From contig PAHP01000012.1 of NCBI GenBank assembly GCA_002705205.1, positions 42,615-106,614 on the forward strand: a DNA stretch of 64,000 nt. Reading direction: 5' to 3'. Shown here piece by piece: positions 1 through 10,716 of the stretch. A program made the position numbers and the translations under genes. How positions within the stretch are numbered: position 1 is the first letter of the stretch; every line of letters begins with the position of its first letter. The stretch comes from Flavobacteriales bacterium (GTDB lineage Bacteria > Bacteroidota > Bacteroidia > Flavobacteriales > BACL11). The notes beneath the pieces were generated by a model, which was given only the letters and a program-made list of their open reading frames with translations, did no database searches and was not told the DNA's origin.

Positions 1-666
1 AACAAAAGTTAAAATATCTTCTTTTAATTTATACTTACAGTACACCTCTATTTCAACTCCATTAATAATTTGATAAGCATAAGGGAAATACTCTCTAATT
101 GTGTTTACAGAAGTCGTAATATAAATATTTCCTTTAACTAAATTAATCTTTTCTACTCCTTTGTATTGCAATTTTATTTGATCTGTAGGTGCATATGGAG
201 ACACAACAAGGTCATATTTTAATTTGTCTTTTTTAATGTAGTAATTAGCCGTTACGCCATTATAAATATTTTTTTGATTTAAGCGTTTATACGACTTTAT
301 ATTTGAGGCCCAGTTATCATTTGATCCAATATAGTAGTTTTCGTAATAATCACTCTCTTCTAAAAGTTCTGATGTTATTTTATTGTTTGAATTAAGGAAC
401 TCAACAGAATATGAATGAGCTCTAATAAACCTTTCTGTTTTTTGTAAGTCATGTATTTGAGACAGCTCCTCTGCTGAGAAGAAAGTATATATAAGCTTGC
501 CTTTCTCAATAAAAAGTGATCCTTGAGGCACAGTCACTTTTGCAATCACTTGCTTAGGGAATTGGCCTTTGTTTTCTATAAATGGATTTTGGGCATTAGA
601 GACTGCTCCAAAGACAAAAATCAGCGCAATTAGATACGCTCTAATTATGTCTTCTTTTGGACTCAT
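1..666 (-). CDS. Secreted surface protein, N-terminal fragment (gene continues past the window start)
   Basis: Missing from the ORF track because it runs off the edge. The minus strand from ATG 666..664 translates as MSPKEDIIRAYLIALIFVFGAVSNAQNPFIENKGQFPKQV... and stays open to base 1 (222 codons). It has a signal peptide followed by a FIENKGQ-type N-terminus that I associate with large Bacteroidota beta-propeller/T9SS surface proteins. Confidence 0.5.
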   Translation of the reverse strand, partial: MSPKEDIIRAYLIALIFVFGAVSNAQNPFIENKGQFPKQVIAKVTVPQGSLFIEKGKLIYTFFSAEELSQIHDLQKTERFIRAHSYSVEFLNSNNKITSELLEESDYYENYYIGSNDNWASNIKSYKRLNQKNIYNGVTANYYIKKDKLKYDLVVSPYAPTDQIKLQYKGVEKINLVKGNIYITTSVNTIREYFPYAYQIINGVEIEVYCKYKLKEDILTFV

Positions 667-669
667 TCT

Positions 670-1890
670 TTATTCTTTTTTTCTTAATAAAATTTGTATT
701 AAACTATCTTTTACCTCTTCATAATCTTCTTTATTTTCGGATTTTATCGGATCACCTGGAGGCAACTTTTGCTTATATGGATCTACTTGCCTCCCATTTT
801 TCCAAAATCTATAACAAACATGAGGACCAGTTGCTAATCCTGTACTTCCGACATATCCAATAATATCACCCTGTTTTACATATACTCCTTTTTTTATTCC
901 TGGTTTTATTTTTGACATATGCAAATATTGAGTCGTATACGTTCCATTGTGTCTTACTTTTACATAGTTACCATTATTTTTTGTATAAGAAGCCGCTACA
1001 ATAGTTCCGTTTGCTGTTGACCAAATAGGAGTTCCTCTATCAGCAGCATAATCTGTTCCAAAATGACCTTTCCATCTTCCCGTAACTGGATGCTTTCTTC
1101 TTCTGTTATATTTTGAAGATATTCTTTTATAATCAACAGGAGCTTTTAAAAAAGCCTTTCGTAATGTTTTTCCATTTTCATCAAAATATTCTCCATAATT
1201 CTCATTCTCTTTATAATAAAAAGCGTAAAATTTTTGATTATTATGATTAAACTCTGATGCTAAAATTCTTCCAATTCCTATATACTCTCCCTCAATATAT
1301 TTATTCTCATAATAGACTTTAAATCCATCTCCTTTTTGAATTTTAAAAAAATCAATTGTCCAAGCATAAATAGTTGATAGTTCCGCTGCAATTTTTGGAC
1401 TCAACTTTTGTTCTTCTATAGTGAGCCATAAGGAAGAATTAATCTTTCCTGAAGCAACATTAACTTTTGTAATAACCTCTTTTTTACCCCTATAAACATC
1501 TATCTCATTAATAAAGTCCATAACTACATAGTTCATAGGATCCTCTTGATAAATAAAGTAGCATGCTCTCTCATTTGAATCTTTACTACAAATAATTGTA
1601 TAGTCCTTTCCTGTATTTACTCGCCTAACATCAAAAATACGTTTTGATTTTTCTACTACTTCTGCTATTTGAGGGTGGTCAATATGGTTAGCATATAATA
1701 TCTCGCCTAAAGTCTGACCCTTCTGAACCTTTCCTTTTATAACGTTAAAGGAGTCAACTAATATCCCATATTCATACTTTGGTTCAATAGCCTCTTGATA
1801 AACCTCTTCGGAAGACTCTTTGTTATTAATATTTGATAGGATAAATATTAAGGCAACAGCCATTAAAATTATTCCAGTCCATTTTTTCAT
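670..1890 (-). CDS. M23/LytM family peptidoglycan metalloendopeptidase
   Basis: 406 aa with an N-terminal TM/signal segment. The C-terminal M23 domain has HFGTDYAA (HxxxD) and GSTGLATGPHVCYRFW, which is HxC where the canonical motif is HxH. Confidence 0.85.
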   Translation of the reverse strand: MKKWTGIILMAVALIFILSNINNKESSEEVYQEAIEPKYEYGILVDSFNVIKGKVQKGQTLGEILYANHIDHPQIAEVVEKSKRIFDVRRVNTGKDYTIICSKDSNERACYFIYQEDPMNYVVMDFINEIDVYRGKKEVITKVNVASGKINSSLWLTIEEQKLSPKIAAELSTIYAWTIDFFKIQKGDGFKVYYENKYIEGEYIGIGRILASEFNHNNQKFYAFYYKENENYGEYFDENGKTLRKAFLKAPVDYKRISSKYNRRRKHPVTGRWKGHFGTDYAADRGTPIWSTANGTIVAASYTKNNGNYVKVRHNGTYTTQYLHMSKIKPGIKKGVYVKQGDIIGYVGSTGLATGPHVCYRFWKNGRQVDPYKQKLPPGDPIKSENKEDYEEVKDSLIQILLRKKE

Positions 1891-1904
1891 TTTGCTAATT
1901 TACT

Positions 1905-2654
1905 CTATTTACTTATTGACAAGGGGTATTTCAATTTTTTATACTTAACAAGGTGTGCTTTTATTAATCCAGCCCAAATTTTTGTTTCAACTTTTACTAG
2001 CAAATGATTCGGGTCATCTGTTATCCAAATTTGCATTTTATCCACATCTTTAAAGACTCTTCCTTCTTGCATTATTGGTTTAAACACCATGCAATTTATC
2101 ATACCCCATTTTGTATCTATAATCTCATTATTCATATATTCCACCTCTAAAAAATAATTCTCTTCATCAATAAAAACTGGAATAACAAATGAGCCTTTTT
2201 GTTTCAACTGTTCTGTATTAAATGTTCTTGCATAAAATAATGCTGAAAGCATATCTTGTGAATTATGCGGTATTTTATATGAGGAATCAGTTGTTAAAAC
2301 CAGACTATCTAAATGATTAAACTTATATAATTGTTTTTTTTCATATCCGCCTTCATATATGTCCCTAACAAACTTTACTGGAATTATTTTTGCCGTATCG
2401 AGGTATGTTTCGTAAACATCTCTGACTTTAAAAAACCAATCAAAAAAATAGGCTGTTTTCCCCCTTCCAATAATATGAAAAGTTGAAATACTATCAATTG
2501 TATAGTTTTCTACAATTTCTATTTCAGCAACTCCTACCGTTATTCCCCCAAAAGAGATGTCAAATGCGGAATATTCACCAATTCCATACGGAAGTTTATT
2601 CTGTGTATATAATAGCATAGGAACTAAAAAAAGTGCTAAAAAAAAATTTTTCAT
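1905..2654 (-). CDS. DUF3108-like secreted protein
   Basis: 249 aa, signal peptide MKNFFLALFLVPMLLYTQ, beta-rich. Size and pattern match my memory of the DUF3108 family common in Bacteroidota. No search was run. Confidence 0.5.
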   Translation of the reverse strand: MKNFFLALFLVPMLLYTQNKLPYGIGEYSAFDISFGGITVGVAEIEIVENYTIDSISTFHIIGRGKTAYFFDWFFKVRDVYETYLDTAKIIPVKFVRDIYEGGYEKKQLYKFNHLDSLVLTTDSSYKIPHNSQDMLSALFYARTFNTEQLKQKGSFVIPVFIDEENYFLEVEYMNNEIIDTKWGMINCMVFKPIMQEGRVFKDVDKMQIWITDDPNHLLVKVETKIWAGLIKAHLVKYKKLKYPLSISK

Positions 2655-2677
2655 GATAAAATAACAACAGTAATCAT

Positions 2678-4096
2678 CTACTTTGAAAGGTGTTTTGAGA
2701 AAGCAATTAATCCTGCTTCATTAAAATTTTCTGCCATTATATGAATACTTATTGGCAATCCGTTTGAGTGAGTCCCTAATGGAAGTGAAATAGCCGGATT
2801 TCCTGTTAAATTAGCCTGAGCAGTAAAAATATCTTCCAAATACATCACTGTAGGGTCTTTATGAATCTTTCCTATTTTAAATGCAGTATGAGGCGTTGTA
2901 GGAGAAATTATATAATCATATGTTTTAAACATTTCATTTGTTTTATCTCTTATTAACCTTCTAATTTTCTGTGCTTTTGTAAAATATGCATCATTATAGC
3001 CTGAGCTTAACACAAAGGTTCCAAGCATTATTCTTCTTTTGACTTCATCCCCAAAACCTTCTGTTCGGCTATTAATATAAGTGCTTTCTAGATCTGAAAT
3101 ATTACTGCTTCTATAGCCAGAATGTACTCCATCAAAACGAGCAAGGTTTGAAGATGCCTCAGCAGTAGTAATTACATAATACGTTGGGACTAATAAATCT
3201 AAATACGGAAATGAAATTGATTTAACTAGATGACCTTCTTCTTTTAATTTTTTTATACTCTGTTGCATAAATATTTTTATCTCAGGATCTAGTCCTTCTC
3301 TATCTAAACATTCCTGTATATATGCTATCTTTTTAGGCTTTCCATTAAACTTTTCTTGAGAGTACCTTTGTATGTCTTTAGTAGAAACGGTGCTATCAAA
3401 ATTATCTTTTCCTGCAATTATTTCAAGAATTAACGCTGCGTCATTAACATTATTTGTTAGTGGCCCTATCTGGTCAAAAGATGAAGCATAAGCAATTAAT
3501 CCATATCTAGAAACTCTTGAGTAAGTAGGCTTTAAACCAACTACACCGCAAAATGCAGCTGGCTGCCTAATTGAGCCGCCTGTGTCGCTACCTAGTGCGG
3601 CTAAACAAAGCCCCGCACTGACTGCAGCTGCAGATCCTCCAGAAGAACCTCCTGCAACCTTTGAGTTTTCTAATGGATTCTTTACTGGTCCATAAATTGT
3701 ATTCTCATTTGCAGAGCCCATTGCAAACTCATCGCAATTCAACCTTCCAATTATAATAACATCCTCCTCTAATAATCTTTCAACAGCAGTGGCCGAGAAT
3801 AAAGATTCAAAACCCTCCAATATTTTTGATGAAGCAGAAACCTTATGACCCTTATAGCAAATATTATCTTTTATTCCTATAACCATTCCAGCAAGCTTGC
3901 CAGCTGCTCCATTTTTTATTTTTTCATCAATCTCCTTTGCTCTTGAAATAGCCTCATCAGTATAAACCTCAATAAAAGCATTTAAATGAGAATTTTTTGC
4001 AATTTTTTTAATATAGTTATTAGTAATCTCAAGACAAGAAGTAGACTTCTTTTGAAGTGCCTTTTGTACTTCAGAATATGATTGAAAGGTAGTCAA
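2678..4096 (-). CDS. gatA: Asp-tRNA(Asn)/Glu-tRNA(Gln) amidotransferase subunit A
   Basis: 472 aa with the amidase signature KVAGGSSGGSAAAV and GSDTGGSIRQPA. Confidence 0.95.
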   Translation of the reverse strand: MTTFQSYSEVQKALQKKSTSCLEITNNYIKKIAKNSHLNAFIEVYTDEAISRAKEIDEKIKNGAAGKLAGMVIGIKDNICYKGHKVSASSKILEGFESLFSATAVERLLEEDVIIIGRLNCDEFAMGSANENTIYGPVKNPLENSKVAGGSSGGSAAAVSAGLCLAALGSDTGGSIRQPAAFCGVVGLKPTYSRVSRYGLIAYASSFDQIGPLTNNVNDAALILEIIAGKDNFDSTVSTKDIQRYSQEKFNGKPKKIAYIQECLDREGLDPEIKIFMQQSIKKLKEEGHLVKSISFPYLDLLVPTYYVITTAEASSNLARFDGVHSGYRSSNISDLESTYINSRTEGFGDEVKRRIMLGTFVLSSGYNDAYFTKAQKIRRLIRDKTNEMFKTYDYIISPTTPHTAFKIGKIHKDPTVMYLEDIFTAQANLTGNPAISLPLGTHSNGLPISIHIMAENFNEAGLIAFSKHLSK

Positions 4097-4108
4097 GATT
4101 TAAAAGTT

Positions 4109-4282
4109 TTAATCGTCTAAATCCTTTTCAACCTCATCTTTCCCTTTTTTAAATTCACTAATACCTTTTCCGAGCCCTTTCATTAATTCTGGAATTTTTT
4201 TTCCACCAAATAATAATAAAACAACTAAAGCGATAAGAAGCCATTCTGTGCCTCCCATAGTAAATAACAGGATAGTTTTCAT
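4109..4282 (-). CDS. tatA: Twin-arginine translocase subunit TatA/E
   Basis: Too short for the ORF track. The hand translation is [57 protein letters not shown] (57 aa, TAA at 4109..4111). It has the typical TatA TM helix, the LLLFGGKK(I/L)PEL hinge and an amphipathic helix. The start could instead be Met9 (ATG 4258). Confidence 0.8.
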   Translation of the reverse strand: MKTILLFTMGGTEWLLIALVVLLLFGGKKIPELMKGLGKGISEFKKGKDEVEKDLDD

Positions 4283-4305
4283 AATTTTAAAATTTAATTA
4301 TATTG

Positions 4306-4313
4306 CAAATTTA
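4306..4313 (-). promoter_or_regulatory. Bacteroidota-type -7 promoter box TAAATTTG upstream of tatA-gatA
   Basis: The plus strand reads caaattta, whose reverse complement TAAATTTG matches TAnnTTTG. It lies 23 nt upstream of the tatA ATG. Confidence 0.35.
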
Positions 4314-4324
4314 TGCTTTTTGAT

Positions 4325-5584
4325 TTAATATGCATTATATAGCCAATTTGATGGGTCCTGCTTATCATAGCCTTGCCATATCTCAAAATGTAACTCTGTT
4401 TTGTTTTCTTGTTCATTAGTAATAACTACTCCTATTTTCTCTTTTGAAAGTAATTTTTCGCCTGTTTTTACGCTCACCTCTTTTAAGCCTGAATAAACAC
4501 TAAAATATTCTCCATGATTTATTAATACTGCCTTACCCTCTCCTTTTATAAAGAAAATTCTAGATACTATTCCATCAAAAACAACTCTAACTACAGTATT
4601 TTTATTTGTAGCTATATCAATCCCATTATTAAATGTTTCTACGCTAGAAAAAATAGAGTGTTTCTGTTTCCCATATTTCCCAATAATTATTCCCTTATCT
4701 AGTGGCCATGGGAGTTTTCCTTTATTGCTAGCAAATTCTGCAGACAATGCAAGTGCTTCTGGGGTTAAACTAAATTTATTGTTTCCTTCTTTTTTCTTAG
4801 CCTCTTCTTTAGCCTTTCTAATTTCCTCTTCAATAATTTTTCTAATCCTTTTATCAAGCTCTTTTGCATAGTTTTTTTTGTCTTGTAATCGCTTTTTAAA
4901 TAGCTCTTCGGAATTACTAAGCTTATTAATTAATTTTTCCTTTTCATCTTTTTTAACGCTTACGCCCTCGAGTTCGCTCTTCTTATTTTTAACAAGTAGT
5001 TTTTTTTCCACTGCCGCTTTTATAAGGCTCTCCTTTTTTTGAGCCAATTTCTCTTTCTTTTTTATTAACTTTTTTTGACTCTGGTTTATTTTTGAGGCCT
5101 GATTCTTTCTAAAAGCTGAGTATTGCTTTAAATATACAATCCTCTTATACGCCTGATTAAAATCAGAAGAAGAAATAATAAACATTAAATCATTTCTATT
5201 TCCTTTTTGTTTATACGCAGCATAAATCATTTTAGAATATTCATCTTTTAACGTTTGCAAGATTTTTTCCTCATTTAGTATTAATTCCTTATTTTCTAAA
5301 ATAAACTGTTCCGTTTTCTTTATTTGCTTATTTAATAATGAAATTTCTATATTTAAAGTAGCTAAAAGCATCTGCTTACTCTGTATTTGTTTTTCTAAAA
5401 CTCTTAAATAATTAAGTGATTTTGTTTTATTTGATTTTGTTTTATTTAAGAGATCTGCAGTATAGCTTATCTCTTTCTCTAGATCCAACTTTTGTTTTTT
5501 TAAGTCGTCTTTTGTTTGAGAAAAACAAGAAAAACAAAAAGCTAAGCTCAATATAAAAATTAAAAATCTAATTAGAATGGGCAT
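4325..5584 (-). CDS. EnvC-like coiled-coil protein with a degenerate LytM (M23) domain
   Basis: 419 aa: signal peptide, then a long K/E/Q-rich coiled coil, then a C-terminal LytM fold. The Zn motifs are degraded, with NNGIDIA in place of HxxxD and ELHFEIW in place of HxH. Confidence 0.75.
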   Translation of the reverse strand: MPILIRFLIFILSLAFCFSCFSQTKDDLKKQKLDLEKEISYTADLLNKTKSNKTKSLNYLRVLEKQIQSKQMLLATLNIEISLLNKQIKKTEQFILENKELILNEEKILQTLKDEYSKMIYAAYKQKGNRNDLMFIISSSDFNQAYKRIVYLKQYSAFRKNQASKINQSQKKLIKKKEKLAQKKESLIKAAVEKKLLVKNKKSELEGVSVKKDEKEKLINKLSNSEELFKKRLQDKKNYAKELDKRIRKIIEEEIRKAKEEAKKKEGNNKFSLTPEALALSAEFASNKGKLPWPLDKGIIIGKYGKQKHSIFSSVETFNNGIDIATNKNTVVRVVFDGIVSRIFFIKGEGKAVLINHGEYFSVYSGLKEVSVKTGEKLLSKEKIGVVITNEQENKTELHFEIWQGYDKQDPSNWLYNAY

Positions 5585-6290
5585 ACGAAATTGGGATTTT
5601 AAATGGTGTTTTAGATTTCTTATTTGCTATTATTTTAGAATATCTTAATCTCACCTCAAAGCCTTTTTTTGAATCAGTTTTTAAATACACTTCTCTTGGA
5701 AAATTTTCTTCATTAAAATTCAAAAACTCATATTGGAACTTAGTTCCTTCTATAAATAAAACCCCTTTAACAACTCTATAAGATTCTGAAATAGTATAGT
5801 TTGAATTAGGCTCTTCTAAAATAAATTGTTCTTTTGAATGAAATTTATATTTTAGTTTATTAATACTAGGATTTGCAGTAATCATTTGCTGCAATTGATT
5901 AAAAGAGAGGTTTGCTTTCAATAACGAATTAATCTCTGAGGCTGGCTTAATAAACCACGTTTTATTAGTTCGATTTATAAAGTAAATAGAATCTTGAGTA
6001 AGCTGACCCCTCGCTATCTCAATTCCAAAAGGAGCGCTTACTGAAATCCAAATCAAGCTATCTTTTCTATTTGTAATATTAATATTTAATGCAATCTGAT
6101 TGTCTTCTGTTATAATGTTTATCTTCCCTTTTAAATTTAGCCATTGAATATCTTTATTTTGTGAATTAACTCTTGCTATCAGTTCTTTTGAATTTTTAGG
6201 AGGCGATGAAAAATCATTTTTTTTCTCTTTCTTAATTCCACATGAAGAGAATATTAGAAGCAATAATACTATTGAAAATGAATTATTCAT
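5568..6290 (-). CDS. DUF4292-like outer-membrane lipoprotein (LolB-like pattern)
   Basis: 240 aa with lipobox LLIFSSCG and a beta-rich body. Its start overlaps the upstream TPR gene by 8 nt and its end overlaps the EnvC-like gene by 17 nt. Confidence 0.6.
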   Translation of the reverse strand: MNNSFSIVLLLLIFSSCGIKKEKKNDFSSPPKNSKELIARVNSQNKDIQWLNLKGKINIITEDNQIALNINITNRKDSLIWISVSAPFGIEIARGQLTQDSIYFINRTNKTWFIKPASEINSLLKANLSFNQLQQMITANPSINKLKYKFHSKEQFILEEPNSNYTISESYRVVKGVLFIEGTKFQYEFLNFNEENFPREVYLKTDSKKGFEVRLRYSKIIANKKSKTPFKIPISYAHSN

Positions 6291-8031
6291 ATAGTCTTTC
6301 TTGAGCTATTTTTTTTTCTAGTTCTTTTGACTCCTCTCCTAAAATTTTTGCTTTTTTCCATTGTTTAACTGCCTCTTTAATTTCTCCTAATTTATATAAT
6401 ATATCACCATAATGCTCAACCACCACACCGCTTATGTCCCCTCCATTTTTTAAAGCCTTTAACATCCATTCCTTTGCTTTTTTGTAGTCTTTTAGCTCGT
6501 ATAATATCCATGCATATGTATCTTGATAGGTTCCATTGTTTTGTTCTAGTTGATTGCATTTAAATGACATCTCCTGTGCTTTTTCTAAATTCTTCTTTCT
6601 TATCGATAGATAATAAGCATAGTTATTTAAAACTAAAGTGTTCATAGGATCAATCTCTAGTGCCTTTTCATAATATTCGTCTGATAATTTGTGTTGTTTT
6701 GTTGCATGATAAACGTCAGCAAGTGAAGAGTAAAATTCTAACAGTAGGTTCTGATTATCTATTACAAAACCTATTCCCACTTCTAAAGAGGCTATAGCAT
6801 CCTTGTAATTCTTAAACCGTTTATTTGATACTCCATTAAAATAATAAAAGAGTGGGTCTGCAGGAAAATACTCAAGAGCCTCATAACTAATCCTTAGCAT
6901 GGATTCAAAATCACTTTGTTCTGCTAATATAAATAACACCTGATTCCAGACTTGACTTTTTGTTTTATCTTTCTGAAGAACTGCTAAATACTGTTCTTTT
7001 GCTTCTTGAAATTTATTGTCTGTATATAAAATATCTGCATAAACTGCCATAGCTTTTAAATTACTAGGATGTCTTTTAAGCATAATGTTGGCTAATTCAT
7101 ATGCTTGTTCTCCCATGCCTGGACTATTCGCAATTAACTGATAATAAGAAACTAAAATTCTAACTTTAGTATCAATATTTAGTGTTGGACTCTCAAATGC
7201 CAATTTTAATTCCTCATATGATTTTTTATTATCCCCATTTTCCCTATAGTAATCAGCAAGTGTAAGGTGTATCCTTCCATTATTTGGAGAAATAATTGCA
7301 ATCTTTTTAAACAATTCAAATGCCTTATCTTTTTCATCATTCAAAAGATATAGTTCTGATAGTATCTCCATTACCTCTATATCATCAGGGATAAAGGATA
7401 AAATAGATTTCAACTCCTTTATTGCTCCCTTTATGTCATTTAATTGCCTATATAGTTTATGTTTTTGCATTGATAACATCTTATCAATACCTTTATACGT
7501 CTCTAAATCATTATATACTAATATCGCCTTTCGAAAATCATTTGAATAAATATATGTTTCTGCAAGCGCGAAATATAACTCTTCATTTCCCGGCTCAAGT
7601 GCAATTAGTTTTTTATATTCTTTTGCGGCATTTACAAATTCTTGTTTGCTAAATAATATCTCAGCGTGTGTCAAGATATACCATCTTTTTTTTGGGTCTA
7701 ATTTGCATGCTGTTTTAATTTCTTCTATTGCAGTATCGTAATGTCCATTTTCAGCATTAATCTTAGCTAGCTCATAATATGGAACAGGATTTTTCTCATC
7801 AATTTTAATGCATTTTTCAAAATGTTTTATCGCTTCGTCATAATCTTCTAGGGCGCTGGCTTTTAATGCATAAAAAAAATAATTATCAAATGTCTGTTTG
7901 TCTTTTTCTTTACTTTTTTTTATTGACTCTTTTTTTGATAATTTTGATTCTGGGTAATAGGATTTCCATTGCGCAGAAGTGCAGATACTAAAAAAACTAA
8001 ATACTACTATTAATCCTATTCTAATCATCAT
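6283..8031 (-). CDS. Tetratricopeptide-repeat (TPR) protein
   Basis: 582 aa with a signal peptide and many TPR-like A/Y/L repeats ([33 protein letters not shown]). Its ATG overlaps the dut TGA (ATGA). Confidence 0.8.
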   Translation of the reverse strand: MMIRIGLIVVFSFFSICTSAQWKSYYPESKLSKKESIKKSKEKDKQTFDNYFFYALKASALEDYDEAIKHFEKCIKIDEKNPVPYYELAKINAENGHYDTAIEEIKTACKLDPKKRWYILTHAEILFSKQEFVNAAKEYKKLIALEPGNEELYFALAETYIYSNDFRKAILVYNDLETYKGIDKMLSMQKHKLYRQLNDIKGAIKELKSILSFIPDDIEVMEILSELYLLNDEKDKAFELFKKIAIISPNNGRIHLTLADYYRENGDNKKSYEELKLAFESPTLNIDTKVRILVSYYQLIANSPGMGEQAYELANIMLKRHPSNLKAMAVYADILYTDNKFQEAKEQYLAVLQKDKTKSQVWNQVLFILAEQSDFESMLRISYEALEYFPADPLFYYFNGVSNKRFKNYKDAIASLEVGIGFVIDNQNLLLEFYSSLADVYHATKQHKLSDEYYEKALEIDPMNTLVLNNYAYYLSIRKKNLEKAQEMSFKCNQLEQNNGTYQDTYAWILYELKDYKKAKEWMLKALKNGGDISGVVVEHYGDILYKLGEIKEAVKQWKKAKILGEESKELEKKIAQERLYE

Positions 8032-8462
8032 TTTACGCCTGTACTTCCAAATCCTCCAGATCCCCTTTCAGAATTATTGAGCTCTTCTACCTCAACCCAA
8101 TGAGCTTTTTCATGCCTTGCAATTACCATTTGAGCGATTCTTTCTCCATCTTCAATTTCAAAATCATCATCTGATAAATTTACTAAGATAACACCCACTT
8201 CTCCTCTGTAGTCCGCATCAATTGTTCCTGGGGAATTAAGAACTGTAATCCCTTTTTTAAATGCTAAACCGCTTCTTGGCCGAACTTGAGCCTCAAAACC
8301 AAGCGGAAGTTCAATAAAAATTCCTGTTTTAACAATTGTTCTCTCTAAAGGCTTTAATTTGATTGGAGCTTCAATATTTGCTCTTAGGTCCATTCCTGCA
8401 GATGCAGGTGTAGAATAATTAGGTAAAGAGTGTTTTGAAGTATTAATAATTTTCACTTTCAT
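8028..8462 (-). CDS. dut: dUTP diphosphatase
   Basis: 144 aa with [22 protein letters not shown] and the C-terminal motif [10 protein letters not shown]. It ends at TGA 8028..8030. Confidence 0.95.
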   Translation of the reverse strand: MKVKIINTSKHSLPNYSTPASAGMDLRANIEAPIKLKPLERTIVKTGIFIELPLGFEAQVRPRSGLAFKKGITVLNSPGTIDADYRGEVGVILVNLSDDDFEIEDGERIAQMVIARHEKAHWVEVEELNNSERGSGGFGSTGVK

Positions 8463-9862
8463 AGTTTTTGTATAGGTTTTGGTTTTTCTAAAATATAAGC
8501 AAATATGATAAATCCTATTAAGAATAAGGAATTAAGCCATGTATTTAAATCGGAAAAATAAATAATGAAATATATCGCCAACATAATACTTAAATAAACA
8601 CTAATTCTTATAATTTGATATGGAATAGGAAAATATTTCTTTCCTATAAAATAAGATACTATCGTCATGCTAAAATAACAAACAAGCGTAGCTATTGCAG
8701 ATCCAATAAATCCTATTTTAGGAATTAATATAAAATTAAGGCTCAAAGTAATAATTGCTCCAAAAATTGAGATATAGGCTCCAAACTTTGTCTTCTCTGT
8801 AAGTTTATACCAAATTGATAAATTATAATAAACTCCTAGAAATAAATTTGCAAGAAGTAAAATAGATACCACTACAAAACCCCTTTCGTCATGATATGAT
8901 TTACCTAAAAATCCAATTACAAAATCATAAAATATTGTAACCGATAGAAAAATTATTATTGTAACTATTGTAAAATATTTCATTACATCTGCATAAACTT
9001 TTCTGTCATCTTTTTCTTTATGGTGTGAAAAAAAGAAGGGCTCGGCAGCAAAACGAAAAGTTTGAATAAATAGGAGCATAATAATAGATAGTTTATAAAA
9101 TGCACCATATAGTCCGATCTCAGACGCGACATTTTGTGTATTATCTAATAATTTTTTTAACAGAATTCTATCAATAGTCTCGTTAATCATTCCTGCAAGA
9201 CCAGCAATTAATAGCGGTAGAGAGTAGGCAATCATTTTTCTCCAAAGTACTTTATCAAAATATAATTTCGACATTAACATTTCAGGCGTAAACAATAAAA
9301 TTGTAATTATTGATGATATCAAATTTGCAACAAAAATATACTCTATTCCAAGCCCCCTTACAACAATAAAATATAGATTTAGGCCTATATTTACTAAGAT
9401 ATTTATCAACTTTATACTTGCAAATTTAATAGCTTTTTCTTCTTCTCTTAATCTTGCAAATGAGATTGATGAAACTGCATCTAAGCCAATAATAATTGCA
9501 AACCACTGAATATATTTTGCTTTAATTCCATAACCCATCCAATCAGAAATTTCTTGAGCATAAAATAGGCTTATGCCAATAAAAAAGACTGACGAGATTG
9601 ATAGTGAAATTAGTGCAGTGGTATAAACATTATTTTTATTTTCTTCCTTCTTAGAAAAATTAAAAAACGCTGTTTCAAATCCATATGTTAAGAGAATAAT
9701 CAAAAAAGCTACATAAGCATATATCTCAGTAACAACTCCATAATCTGAAGGAATAAAAAATCGTGTATATAGGGGTACTAGAAGATAGTTTAATAACCTT
9801 CCTACTACGCTACTTAATCCATAAATAACTGTGTGTCCTGCTAATTTCTTAAGAGGATTCAA
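8459..9862 (-). CDS. Polysaccharide/oligosaccharide flippase family membrane protein (Wzx/MurJ-like MOP superfamily)
   Basis: 467 aa, polytopic (about 12-14 TM segments), with an N-terminus typical of polysaccharide biosynthesis proteins. It ends at TGA, overlapping the dut ATG. Confidence 0.7.
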   Translation of the reverse strand: MNPLKKLAGHTVIYGLSSVVGRLLNYLLVPLYTRFFIPSDYGVVTEIYAYVAFLIILLTYGFETAFFNFSKKEENKNNVYTTALISLSISSVFFIGISLFYAQEISDWMGYGIKAKYIQWFAIIIGLDAVSSISFARLREEEKAIKFASIKLINILVNIGLNLYFIVVRGLGIEYIFVANLISSIITILLFTPEMLMSKLYFDKVLWRKMIAYSLPLLIAGLAGMINETIDRILLKKLLDNTQNVASEIGLYGAFYKLSIIMLLFIQTFRFAAEPFFFSHHKEKDDRKVYADVMKYFTIVTIIIFLSVTIFYDFVIGFLGKSYHDERGFVVVSILLLANLFLGVYYNLSIWYKLTEKTKFGAYISIFGAIITLSLNFILIPKIGFIGSAIATLVCYFSMTIVSYFIGKKYFPIPYQIIRISVYLSIMLAIYFIIYFSDLNTWLNSLFLIGFIIFAYILEKPKPIQKL

Positions 9863-9864
9863 TA

Positions 9865-10638
9865 TTAAAAATTTGCTTTTCTTTTTTCCATAAACGCAGT
9901 TGTTCCTTCAATAAATTCAGCAGAGCCAAAACAGCTTCCAAATTCCTTTTTCTCAACTTCAAAACCATCAACACCATCAATAAAACCCGCATTTACTGTT
10001 TTTATTGCTTTCCCAATCGCCATAGGAGAGTTTCTTTTTATTTTTTCTGCTATTTTTTCTGCTAATAACATTAGCTCATCCTGAGGACAAACGTAATTTA
10101 CCAGCCCCCATTTTTCTGCCTCTACAGCTGTAAGCTTCATAGCTGTAATAATCATCTCGATAGCCTTTCCTTTTCCAACAAGGTTTGCTAGCCTCTGAGT
10201 CCCTCCATATCCAGGAATAACCCCTAAAGAAACTTCAGGAAGGCCCATTTTTGCATTTTCTGATGCTATCCTAATATGACACGACATTGCAAGTTCTAAC
10301 CCCCCTCCAAGAGCAAAGCCATTAATTGCCGCTATTGATGGAGTTCCAATATTTTCTAACAAATCAAAAAGCATCTCTTGGCCTTTTCTTGCTAAATTTT
10401 CTCCCTCGGCTACATTAAAACAAGAAAATTCTTTTATATCTGCTCCAGCAACAAAAGCCCTTGTATCTGCTCCAGTTAATATTATACACCTAACTAAATT
10501 GTTTTCTTCAGCAGATTTAATGGCATTACTAAGCTCTAAAATAGTTGCTCCGTTTAATGCATTTAATTGTTTAGGGCGATTTATTGTAAGATAACAAACT
10601 CCGTCTTTATTTTCACTTAATATGTTTTCATAAATCAT
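9865..10638 (-). CDS. Enoyl-CoA hydratase/isomerase family protein
   Basis: 257 aa crotonase fold with FVAGADIKEF and GFALGGGLELAMSCHIRIAS. Confidence 0.9.
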   Translation of the reverse strand: MIYENILSENKDGVCYLTINRPKQLNALNGATILELSNAIKSAEENNLVRCIILTGADTRAFVAGADIKEFSCFNVAEGENLARKGQEMLFDLLENIGTPSIAAINGFALGGGLELAMSCHIRIASENAKMGLPEVSLGVIPGYGGTQRLANLVGKGKAIEMIITAMKLTAVEAEKWGLVNYVCPQDELMLLAEKIAEKIKRNSPMAIGKAIKTVNAGFIDGVDGFEVEKKEFGSCFGSAEFIEGTTAFMEKRKANF

Positions 10639-10684
10639 AATTTATGTTTTTTTACAAATATAAAATATTAGCTCGATAAGCAAC

Positions 10685-10716
10685 AAAAAACCCTCTGCCA
10701 AAGAAGAGGGTTTTTA
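10685..10716. terminator. Rho-independent terminator after atpG (symmetric, A-run/T-run flanked)
   Basis: aaaaaaCCCTCTgccaaagAAGAGGGttttt: stem CCCTCT/AGAGGG (10691..10696 with 10705..10710), flanked by an A-run and a T-run. It sits 26 nt downstream of the atpG stop on the minus strand. Confidence 0.7.
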
